Below are positions 1 through 11,000 of a stretch of DNA of 64,000 bases, piece by piece. A program made the translations under genes and the position numbers. Every line of letters begins with the position of its first letter. The stretch's first letter is position 1. A model generated the notes under the pieces. That model saw only the letters and a program-made list of their open reading frames with translations, did not search any database and was not told where the DNA came from. Origin of the DNA: Mytilus californianus (taxonomy: Eukaryota); NCBI RefSeq assembly GCF_021869535.1, contig NW_026262679.1:117366001-117430000 (forward strand). Direction: 5' to 3'.

Positions 1-1525
1 TCATTTTATCATTTATCACATTTATCTTAGTCTGGTATGGAAATTATTCCAATTATTCACCATTTTGCTTATCATATATATACTGACAAAAATTTTGTGT
101 CTAACAAAAGCATCAATGATATCCAATGATGTCATCTAAAAAAAAACAAAAATAACTGAATAATAATAATTTGAATCCAGTGTATTGCAACCCATGGACA
201 GACCTAGTTTCAATGTTAAGATATTCCAAACTTTGAATTATAATGTAAAATGATGATATGTTTGTCATATCCATACATGATATCGTCAGTTTCTAGACTC
301 CTTGATAATATCCATATGTATGTGTTCCTGTACTGTGAAGTTTCTCTACTTACAAAATTAAAACATTAAAAAAATGCTTACAGCATGTTACCCATGAAAT
401 AAGTCAAAATAAAACTATGATGAAACCATGAACAAAGTCCAAATAAAAACTATGATTAAACAAAGGTCATGAACGTCTGGACTGATATCAATTCAACTGC
501 AAACAAAGTAATTTGCAGTTAAAAGATTTGTTGAGACAGATCATAAAGTGAATGATGTGTCAACAGACATTGAAGCAGTCAGAAAGGATATTATACAGTA
601 ATGCAAAAGGATATTTGTATAAACAGGCTAATTGAATTCTTTTTGTCCAGCTAGAATGTTCACATACTGAAAATAATACAAAAAATCAAGTTATTTCCAA
701 ATTTCATTACATTTTTTTTAATGCTGCTGCTTTCATAATATAATATTCATTTAATTTTTTTTATATTCCATTATTATTTTACAAACAATACACAAGGTGC
801 TAGAACTCTTTGTAGCCTAATTCCATTTATTACCCTTATGTCAACAAAATTAACTGAGTTTTGAACGAACCAAATTACTGGATATGACTACATTTATCTA
901 TTTGTATGTCAATTCTTCTTGTAGCACCACCATTTATACATACATTTTACTTTAGTAGATAAGAAGGAAACAAGTTGCATTTTTTTTATGCATTTTATGA
1001 TTTAGTCCAAAAAAAAATAGCTTTACATGTTGATGTATCGTTCTAACAGTTAATACAGCAACAAGTATTTGAGTGCTCAAAGTAACTAATTCAGGCTTAA
1101 GATAAGGCCAAAATAAAAGAAAACATTGCCTCTTTAAGGTTTCCCTTTCTTCTGTATTTTACATCTATATACATGTATGACTGTTCTTAAGTTTGCCTTT
1201 GTATTTTCATTTTTGAACTTACTTTGGAAAACCAGAACGCTTGTCTATTTATTCAATAAAAACAGATTAATAATGTAAATAACATAATCTTCATTTTTTT
1301 CTGATTTAAACCTGAAACTAACCTCCTTTTTGATGAATCTTATAATTGATACTTTAGAAATATACTGGAAGTAATAAGGGAACTAAATGAACAAGCAGAA
1401 TTTGATTCCAAAAGGAACCAAACTCAAAACCCTATTACCTTCCAACTACAAAATTTCTGAGAGAAAGAATGATCAAATTATATTATTGAAATACATTATA
1501 CATACATGTAGGAATTAGTAATTTA

Positions 1526-1960
1526 CAACTAAAATAAATGGGGAATGTGTCCGATGCCCCTGCTTGCATATAACGTTATAAAGGGACATAACTCAAGAAC
1601 GGTAAAAGTGATGCTACTTTCTACTAACATCATAATTGATCTGAGTTTTGTGGTAATAAGTATTGTGTATATGTTTCATAACACTTGGTTGAGGCAAACT
1701 TAAGTTCGAGAACGGAAACATAAAATTCAGCAATGTTTCCATTTGTAAAGGGGCATAACTCTAGAAAGGTAAAAGTGACCCCACACAAATTCAAACTTGA
1801 TCTGTGTTTTGTGTAATAAGAATTGTGTATAAGTTTCATAACATTTGGTTGAGGCAAACTAAAGTTAGAGAATGGAAACCAATTTAGGGACGTAAGGATG
1901 TATGAATGGACAAAGGTAAAACTTAATGCTACCGAGGGGGGGGGGGGGGGGGGGGATAAC
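1526..1960. mobile_element. Helentron/HINE(pearl)-like non-autonomous element with internal tandem repeat
   Basis: Repeated aaggg(a/g)cataactc(a/t)agaa(c/a)ggtaaaagtga units of about 155 bp, ending in a poly-G tract; it accounts for spurious ORF 1630-1857. Boundaries are approximate. Confidence 0.5.
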
Positions 1961-2041
1961 CATTGGATATTACAAACAAATTCTGGGCTGTTAAAAGTTT
2001 TGAATCACTTGGACACATCAAAATAATGGCTTTCAACAAAC

Positions 2042-2128
2042 CCTTTTTTGTATCCTCTTCTTAACTTTCATTCGTAAATCCAGAACATCTACTGTGGACA
2101 AATATTTCCTTATGGCATCCATTTCATC
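2042..2128 (-). CDS. PDCD7-like exon 3 (29 codons)
   Basis: Acceptor ccatttttacag, donor AGG|gtttgt, open frame DEMDAIRKY...KKRIQKR. Confidence 0.75.
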
Positions 2129-4725
2129 CTGTAAAAATGGAGACATTTCCACAATCATTTTCAATAACAAAAAATAGATATCATTAGTATTCAAATGAAG
2201 AAATTTCAATGAATCAATTCAATATATATACAATGCCTATGATTAGATCCATAGGTATTTGTACTAAAAATATCATTAAAAAGTTAATGCTATATTGCCT
2301 ACATTTTATTTTCCAAGCATTTGTATTAATTTTCAACAGGTACTTTGTTTTAAACAGAGGCTGTTTTTAAAATTAACTTATTCTACATTTCTACATGTTT
2401 CAGTAAGCAGATACCTGAATTCCATCTTTTTCAAGTTTCAATTATTTGCACCAAGCATTTAAAAACCAACAATCATTCAATTCCCTATACACATGTATGT
2501 TTAACATAGACATCCAATAAAAAATGACTTTCCATTACATCTAACAACATGGACAAGCTGAACTCTGGTATAGTTTAAATATTTCTCATCCATTTATAGT
2601 TCTTTCATACCTTCAATTTATTAGTTGTTCTCATTTCTTCCTCAATCTGGTGTTCATCACATGATTTTAAAATATTGATCTGTTTTTGAAGGGATGCCAT
2701 CAGAAACATCATTCTTTTTGTTTTTTCTTGGACATCATAAACCTGAAACATATTATGAAAATTGAAGAAGAGTTGTCATGTTTGTAGGCAATCTTGCATT
2801 AACCCCTACATAAATTCACCTGAAATGTACTTTTTGCATAAAGTATGTAAAGCTTTTCCAACTTTCCTTCCAACATGCACATTTAAAGATTTAAATACAA
2901 TGTATGTATAGACAAAATTTTTGAGACTTGGTAACAACTACTGCTTCTCCTAGAGCAATAGTTGGTATCTCAAAGACAACAGACTTGCTATAACCCTGGT
3001 CCCATATATAACAATAAGTGTATACATGTATACACTATACATCTAAACACCTATAGATGGGTCAATCATGGCCAGTTTTATTTAGATTAATTTAGTAGTT
3101 TGTCGGAATAGATCTTTACCTTTGACAGATTTAGTTCAATATATTCACTATTCCAACAAAAAGGGGACTTAATGTGTGTTTAGGGTTAAAACTTTACCTT
3201 CAACTTTAAAACAAACATGAATAGTACATTGTATCTTGACCCATAGTCTTGTATCTTTAACATAATTTGGGTTGCTGTCTAATTGATGTGTTCCCTACAA
3301 GTACAATGTACATCTCTTTGAAATGTGTTTACATTTAATACAATACAACTAAATTGATTTAATCATTTTTTTACTATCATTGGAAAGTTGCAATATCTAT
3401 TTTGGAATTGTACTTCATCTGGGTTTTTATTACATTATCTATGACACTGCTCATCTATAGATTGAGTATTGTAAACCAATGCTTACATTAACTGGTGCTT
3501 TGACACTTTCTTTTTTCTCCACCTTCCAATCATTAAGATAAGATTTTATTCCTTTTCCATCCAGCCATGATTTTATCCACTCTGTATCCTTTTCTTTCCC
3601 TGGCAATACAGTTGCATGTTCTGCCTGAATTAATTCTTTTTTAACTTGGAATGGCTGCCGATGGTTCTGCTGCATTTGATGATTCATAACTGGCATGACT
3701 GGAGGAAGATTAGAATTTGAAGGAAACTGATTCGAACCTGAGTAGCGTTCTGGTTGAAAATTAGGTGGTGGAAATGGATTAGGAAATCTGTTCATTGGTG
3801 ATGGCATTCCAAGCTGCTGATTATTTCTGAATTGCATATCATTTTGCAAAAATGAATTGGGAGGAGGTGGACAATTTGGGATCAGCATATGTACAGGCTG
3901 AACTGATTCAGGAACACTTATTCCATGATGCTCCAACGGTTTTGAAAATTGGTGAATTTGAGGATTTGTATGATCTTGTTGTCTATTGTCAAATGGTTTT
4001 TCAGTTTGTGTGAAACTCATAGAACCCAGCAGTTCAGAACTTTGTTGGGTTGATATTATACTTGACCTGTGCACGAGCGTGCTGCTTTCCTCCTGATCTG
4101 GAATAACATCAAGACCTGGAATTTGCATATTCTGTGAATTGAAAGTTGATTTTGACAGTATTCCTTCTTGTGCAACTTTTGCAAAAAAGCTACCACTACC
4201 TTTACTGTCAAGAATTTCATACTTCTGATCATTCATTGACATGTTGAATGGTTTTTGATCATTCATTGACATGTTGAAAGGTGGAGCCTGGTGATAGCCA
4301 TCCATTGATGTTTGAGGCATTATTCTCAAATCAGAACTGTATGTGGCCATGCAAGTCCTATTGAGATTTGGATCTCTCATAGTAGTGTTTTGCTCCCAGT
4401 TTGAAGATTGAGATTGACATTGTTGACTACCATGTGTTTGCTCTTGGGTGTATATTGGAAATGAAGACGGCACTTGAGGTCTACTACTTTGAACATTGCG
4501 ATTCTCAACTCTTTTCTCAAATGAGTTCTGTTTTTGACCGTGTTCACTATCTTGAAAATTTGACCTGATTGTGTTTTGGAACCTTCTTGGTTGGTTATTT
4601 CTTGGGTTGTACGTATACTGTCCCGGTGTTCGCGGACGAAAATGATGTCTCTGATTTTGACCCCGAGAGACAAATCGAGGATTTGCAGGTCGAAAGTTAT
4701 TTTTGCTGTTATTTCGACTGTACAT
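2042..4725 (-). CDS. PDCD7: PDCD7 / U11-U12 snRNP 59K-like gene, 5' part (spliced: 4725-3487, 2742-2611, 2128-2042; later exons not found)
   Basis: Three GT-AG exons join in phase 0 without stops: ...DTEWIKSWLDGKG...KAPVN|VYDVQEKTKRMMFLMASLQKQINILKSCDEHQIEEEMRTTNKLK|DEMDAIRKYLSTVDVLDLRMKVKKRIQKR. The Pro/Gln-rich N-terminus followed by WxxxW and a coiled coil ending in a basic run matches my recollection of PDCD7. The gene model is firm; the name is tentative. Confidence 0.55.
2611..2742 (-). CDS. PDCD7-like exon 2 (44 codons)
   Basis: Acceptor tgtttcag, donor AAG|gtatga, phase 0/0, open frame VYDVQEK...TNKLK. Confidence 0.8.
3487..4725 (-). CDS. PDCD7-like exon 1 (413 codons, low-complexity N/Q/P/S-rich)
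   Basis: ATG at 4725 (MYSRNN; the ORF track starts at an upstream TTG). The frame is open to donor AAT|gtaagc at 3487/3486. Confidence 0.85.
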
Positions 4726-4974
4726 CTTTATTTTCCTATTTTTTTTCAAATTTACATTTTTTAGATTTTCATGCGCGCTGACATCTTTAATCTCAAATGT
4801 ACGTGACTTCAATTTAATTGTTTATTGCAGCGATAAAATATATTTCATTGTCCAAAATAGATTCAAAATAGACAAATAGATTTTATTTGGCGTTCAAAAT
4901 ATAAAATAAAAAGAAAAAGAACAGCAATATCTTTTTTTTGTGAGACATCACGTGATCATAACAAAAAATCCAAA
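4726..4974. promoter_or_regulatory. Putative bidirectional promoter and 5' UTRs shared by the PDCD7-like gene and PTAR1
   Basis: Divergent ATGs at 4725(-) and 4975(+). Contains palindromic E-box ATCACGTGAT (4947-4956) and a related GTCACGTA on the minus strand (4800-4807). Confidence 0.7.
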
Positions 4975-5045
4975 ATGTCGTCTGACAGCAGAGGTTGTCG
5001 CCTACTTTCAGATTTAAACAGCGTATTTCGCAAAGACCCTGAGAT
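4975..5045 (+). CDS. PTAR1: PTAR1 exon 1
   Basis: caaaATG; MSSDSRGCRLLSDLNSVFRKDPE(I); donor gtaatt, phase 2. Confidence 0.88.
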
Positions 5046-8000
5046 GTAATTAAAAACTATAATTTTAGTCTCCATTTAAAACAGTTTGGCATTTCAATAG
5101 GATAAGTAATTTCATTTTGAAAGCTTGCCTTTGAACCGAACTGTTCATAAAACAGATGTAAACAAAGAGTTGTTTGGTCAAATTATTAGGATATTCGTCT
5201 GTTTGCTTTCGAGACGTTTTGGATACACATCCAGTTCGGCCACAGTCGTTTCGGCCGTAATCGATTCGGCCACACTATTTCATATTGTTATTTAAATATA
5301 TATACAATTATATTGTACCAGTTCTGCTAGTCCAAATAATTATGACGTCTTGAAAGGCTATTATATTTTTTTTCTTTGACGCCTGGTCGATGTAAGGCGT
5401 CAAAGAAAAAAAATATAATAGCCTTTCAAGACGTCATAATTATTTGGACTACAGTTCTGCCAACTTTTAATAATGCAAATGCGTGAGATTTGGCCAAAAT
5501 CGTAAAGATCAAAGAGAAAAAAACAATAGATCAAAGGAAAATGCCGCCAAATAAGCATGAAAATGCGTGAGTCTCATGCTAAATGCGTGAGACTTGGCAG
5601 CCCTGTTGTACTGTTGTATTGTCTGTATCTGTAACTCGATTTTGCTTGTAATGAGCTCTATGATTAGGAAAATAAAAATATTAGTATTAGTGGTATATAC
5701 ATGTATGTATGTAAGACTCAGATTGATGTTGGTCCCTCAAATGAATGTCCAAATTTGACGTCACAATAAAATAAGATTTATCGAGGGCTAATTTTATGCC
5801 CCTCTAATTCTGTAATCCCTCTAATTGACGTCTTTTTTGTTGTTCTCAAATGGATGTTTAATTTTTGGCTTCCCTAATCAATGTCCATTATATGAACTTG
5901 CCGCAATGACGTCATAACTTTATTAAATGGCTTTAAAAGGCCCGACATGAAAAATGTAAAACAATTCAAACTAGAAAACTAATGGCCTTATTTATAACAA
6001 AACAATTCCGAAAAACAAATATGACAAACACAAACCAACAACAACCACTGAACTAAAGGTGCCTGCATTAGACAGGCACATAAAGAATGTGGCGGGGTAA
6101 AACATGTTTGTGAGCGCTTAATCCTCCCCATACCTGGAACAGTGGTGTAACAGCACAACCTAAAAACGTAATGCCCATTTCTATTGTAAATGTTTCACTC
6201 CAAGTGTAAAACTCAGAAATTTGTAGAAAAATATCTTAAAGAGTCTGAATTATTATATTCTCAAAACAATTGGCTGTACTTCTTTATTTTGTCTATTGTT
6301 GAAGACTTATTGTTGCCCTCTAGATGTCATTGGGTTGTTTTCTTGTTTATATGTGCAGTAGGCTTATTTATTATTTATTGATCGATTAGAGAAGACTACA
6401 ATCGACTGGAGTATCATTGGACGTCGTTTTGCCAATATATTACTGCACATTGAACGTCGATTAGAGGGTAATATTTTGGACACTGATTTGAGAATGTGAA
6501 GTCATATTTGGATGTCGATCTGTGGAATGGACGTTAATTAGAGACCGGACGTCAATCTGAGTCATTTTGTCATGGTGACATACGTTCATCTGCTGTGAAA
6601 CAAGAGGATGTCACACCTGATGAAGACATTGACATCGCTTCCTTCTGACTTTGGGACTTGATTAATTTTTTTTTTAACAGAGAATAGAAAAAAAAATGTC
6701 CATATTAACAAGGCACTGGCTATGATTACACGCAAAAGTAACAATAAGAAAAATTATAGTTACTTCAGAGACTAATTGCCAAATTGTATTTCCGAACAGG
6801 AGAGGGGGGCAGGGCAAAGCCCCTCACACTGAATTTCATAATATATTACCTTTCCATAAAGTTATAGACCTTATCGCTATTTGTCTGCCATTACTGGACA
6901 TCACAAAGGTTCCTGTCGTCACAATAGAAAATGTTGGATGCCACAAAGGAAAAGTGATTGTTGTTTGACGTCAATAGTTCAAGTGTTGCAGATATCCAAA
7001 TAGCGATAAGGTCTATTGAAAATTACCACTCAGTATTAATGTTTTTTTTTTCTGGATAAGCCTTCATTAGAAGAACAAATTTAGAAGCCATGCATGTATA
7101 TGATAAAGATGTAATATTCCAAACATTTACATTTTGAATTATTTTACAGTGATGAATATGACTTTTTACCAGTACTGGAACCCAAACACAACCGAAGTCC
7201 ACTCATTCTACAAGACCATAAACTTGGACTTGAGATGTGGAGTGTCAAAATTCTTCATCATTATGCCTACAATACACTGATGACATGGAGAATGAAAGAA
7301 GTTAATGCCAAATTCTTAGGTAAAACTTCACTCAATTTCATCTCAATGGTTACATTAATCAGAATAAAAGTCAATGCCAAATGCATGGTCTTGATATCAC
7401 TTTCTTTGTTTTAATTAGGGATGTCAACTCGGTGAACAATTACTAATCGAGTAATCGTTGGTTTTATCGAGCGATACTCGAGTTCTCGCTCGGGAATATA
7501 TCTACAACACGGAAACACAAAGATACGTACTTTACATTATGTGGTTTGTTGTTCAACTGGCGAAAAACCATCTACATAAATATCTGAGACAAGGAATTAC
7601 ACACCATAATTAATAGCTCATTACCTACAAGTACTAATTAAGCAAAAAAACAATAACTATTCTTATAATTTAATGAACACCTACTTAAAAAGCATAACAA
7701 GGAAAAACCATATGAAACGAAAGTATTTGGTAATCGTTAAGAAAACACATTTAATGTTTACAAAGGTGTAAGGATTAGAAGTTTAACTATTCACTGAGGG
7801 TCACCAGAGGATGCAACGAATTTATTTCATTTGGGAACATTTTCTTGTAAATTATTGTTGGGGACAGTCAGTTTTGCAACTTTGTAAATTACAGTCTTGC
7901 AGACGAAAATATTTGCTCTGACGGTACCGATGTGATAGAATGGGTAAGACATGTTAAGTTTAAAGTATTAGCCTAGGTATAGCCCACATATTTTCCGAGG

Positions 8001-11000
8001 CATTTTTTTAATAACAATTTAGTACAAGCATTCGAAACAAAATGTTTTTTATTTACTAGTATGATTAATCAGTGATGTATATTTAATTATCCGAAAGAGG
8101 TTCTAAAGAAGATCCATTTTATATAAAGAAGACAGCAATATTCTAACAGGAAACCGATTAGTCGAGTATCGTTTTGGTATTCGATACTCTGTACTACCGA
8201 GCGATACTGGAATACTCGAGTACTCGTTGACATCAATAGTTTTAATGCATCATTAAATATTTTGACACTTAAATGCCTATATGATATATATAACTTGTTT
8301 ATGTTTTATAGGTCCATTAGATTTGATATGTTTAACTAGAGCCATAGTGTTAGTCAATCCAGATTGTTCTACTGCATGGAACATCAGGTATGGTTTGAAT
8401 TATCATTAAATCACTTAAGCAATTAAATAATGAATATTATTGCTGAGCCTTCGACTTTTGTCGAAAAAGCGAGACATAGCAATCCTACATTCCGTCGGCG
8501 GCGGCGTCCACAAATATTCACTTTGTGGTTAAAGTTTTTGAAATTTTAATAACTTTCTCAAACTATCCTTGATTTCTACCAAACTTGGACAGAAGCTTGT
8601 TTATGATCATTAGATAATATTCACAAGTAAATTTTGTAAAAAAAAATTCTATTTTTTCTGTATTTTACTTATAAATGGACTTAGTTTTTCTGCCAGGAAA
8701 CATTACATTCACTCTGTGGTTAAAGTTTTTGAAATTTTAATAACTTTCTCAAACTATCCTCGATTTGTACCAAACTTGAACAGAAGCTTGTTTATGATCA
8801 TAAGATAATATTCAAAAGTAAATTTTGTAAAAAAAAAATTCCATTTTTTCCGTATTTTACTTATAAATGGACTTAGTTTTTCTGCCAGGAAACATTACAT
8901 TCTCTCTGTGGTTAAAGTTTTTAAAATTTTAACAACTTTCTTAAACTATCTTGGATTTGTACCAAACTTGGACAGAAGCTTGTTTATGTTTAAAAGCTAG
9001 TATCTAGAAGGAAATTTTGTTAAAATTTTGTTCCATTTTTTCTGTATTTTACTTATAAATGGACTTAGTTTTTCTTCCAGTTAACATTACATACAGTCTG
9101 CAGTTTAAGTTTTTAAAACATTTATTAGATTCATAAACTATCCTGGATTTTTACCAAACTTGGACAGAAGCTACTTACAATCAAAAGATAGTATAGAGAG
9201 GAATATTTTTATTAATTTTTTTCCTTATTTTTGTTGAGCCTGCGATTAACAGCAAAAGTAGGCGAGACACTGGGTTCCGCGGAACTCTTACGAATTTTTT
9301 TATATATTTCTTCATATTTCCAACTCCTTCATATTAATAATTGGGCAGAGACCACCATTATTGCCCTTTGAATTTGTTGTCTACAATAAAGTCCCTAGAA
9401 TGGAGTGTATTTCTTCCAAATTTTTATCATACAAATTATATAGTCCTGTTATATGCTTAAAATGCAAAAGGGAGATATGATTTTACTGTAAACGAAATTG
9501 AGCCATGAATTTTAGTAAAGTGCAAAACTGACCACTCTGAAGGTTAGTGGTTTATCCCAGACACAACTCATTTTTCCTCAATCAATAAAGTGACCAAAAT
9601 GAAATAGTATCAATTGCATAGATAGTGATGTTTAATTGCATACAATGACAATTTATTTGTAAAACCTTCTCTCCTTGCATTCACTTCATATTGGTTTCTA
9701 TTCATATCTTCACCTTGAACTTCAAGAATGTTACTATCTTTACGGTCATGGTATAATATGTCATCACTTTATATAGCAAAGACCTTTTCATGACGACATG
9801 CAATATAAAAAATAAGGAGATGTTGTATGATTGCCAATGAGACAACTATCCACCAAAGTTCAAATGAAGTGGATGTAAGCAATTATAGGAAACCGTATGG
9901 TCTTTATCAATGAGAAAAATTAATATGGTATAGTCTGCTTTAAAAGGCCCTGGCATGAAAAATATGAAACAAATTTAGTTGAGAAAACTGACAGTCTAAT
10001 TTATAATAAAACAATTTATGCAAAAAAAAAAACAGATAGATATGAACCATCGACAACCACTGAACTACAGGCTCGTGGCTTGGTACAGGCACATAAAAGA
10101 ATGTGGCAGGGTTAATGTTTGAAGTTGCCAACCCTCCAGCTAACATGGGACAGTGGTGAAACAGTACAACATAAGAACAAACTATAAAAATCAAGTTACG
10201 TATGAGGTCATGTGGATAGCACATTACAATATTTTCCTGTAATAATAGATAATTCTGTTATCAATTTGCCACCCATAACATTTTCAGGTTATACATGCAA
10301 ATTAACATAAAAGGGCCCATTGTTATCTTTCAGGTGAGAAAATTGATACCAATATTATGTAATAAAAGCATTACTTTTGAATTACAGAAAAGAACTAATA
10401 GAGAGTGGTGACCTATCAGTGGCAGATGATTTGAAACTTGGAGCATTGGTATTGGGAAAGCACCCAAAAAGTCCAGAAACTTTCAGTCACAGGTAAAAAA
10501 AAAAAAAAGGACCCTAACTTACATTAGTTTGTCACAGATAACAATGAAATCCAAAAACATCGGAAAACCTTAGTCACAGATAACAAAAACATCAGAAACC
10601 TTCAGTCACAGATAACAAAAACATCAGAAACCTTCAGTCACAGATAACAAAAACACCAGAAACCTTCAGTTACATATAACAAAAACATCAGAAACCCTCA
10701 GTCACAGATAACAATAACATCAGAAACGTATTAGACAAACCTTCAGTCACAGATGACAAAAACATATAAGAAACCTTCAGTCATAGGTGATAATAATAAC
10801 CAAAAACATCAAATTTAAAAAAAACTCAAGGAATCACCAATTGATAGATATTTTAAGCTATACCTGCAAATATAAACATGTAGGTGAAATTATCAACAAA
10901 ATTTTGTAAAAAAAACCATCCAGATTTTGGTAAATATGAAATGAAATGTAACCAGGTCAGCCTATTTACTGTAACTGAATCCAACGTAAAAAGTAATTGA

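Noticed and set aside
1935-1957. Long poly-G/poly-C tracts (also ~13924-13945, 17305-17318, 23862-23881) as functional G-quadruplexes
   Set aside because: Most sit inside or at the ends of repeat elements, and homopolymer length is unreliable in assemblies.
2395-2470. Possible extra PDCD7-like exon or U12-type donor (gtatctgc on the minus strand)
   Set aside because: All three minus frames contain stops, it does not match GTATCCTT, and the flanking exons already join in phase.
4377-4781. ORFs 4377-4673(-), 4569-4781(+) and 4576-4764(+)
   Set aside because: Shadow frames of PDCD7-like exon 1.
4726-4812. N-terminal extension MKSRTFEIK... in the ORF track
   Set aside because: It starts at TTG; the first ATG is at 4725, so this is most likely 5' UTR.
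10530-10795. Short regular repeats as a CRISPR-like array (also 42442-43315 and 48068-48188)
   Set aside because: No unique spacers, eukaryotic intronic context and no cas genes.
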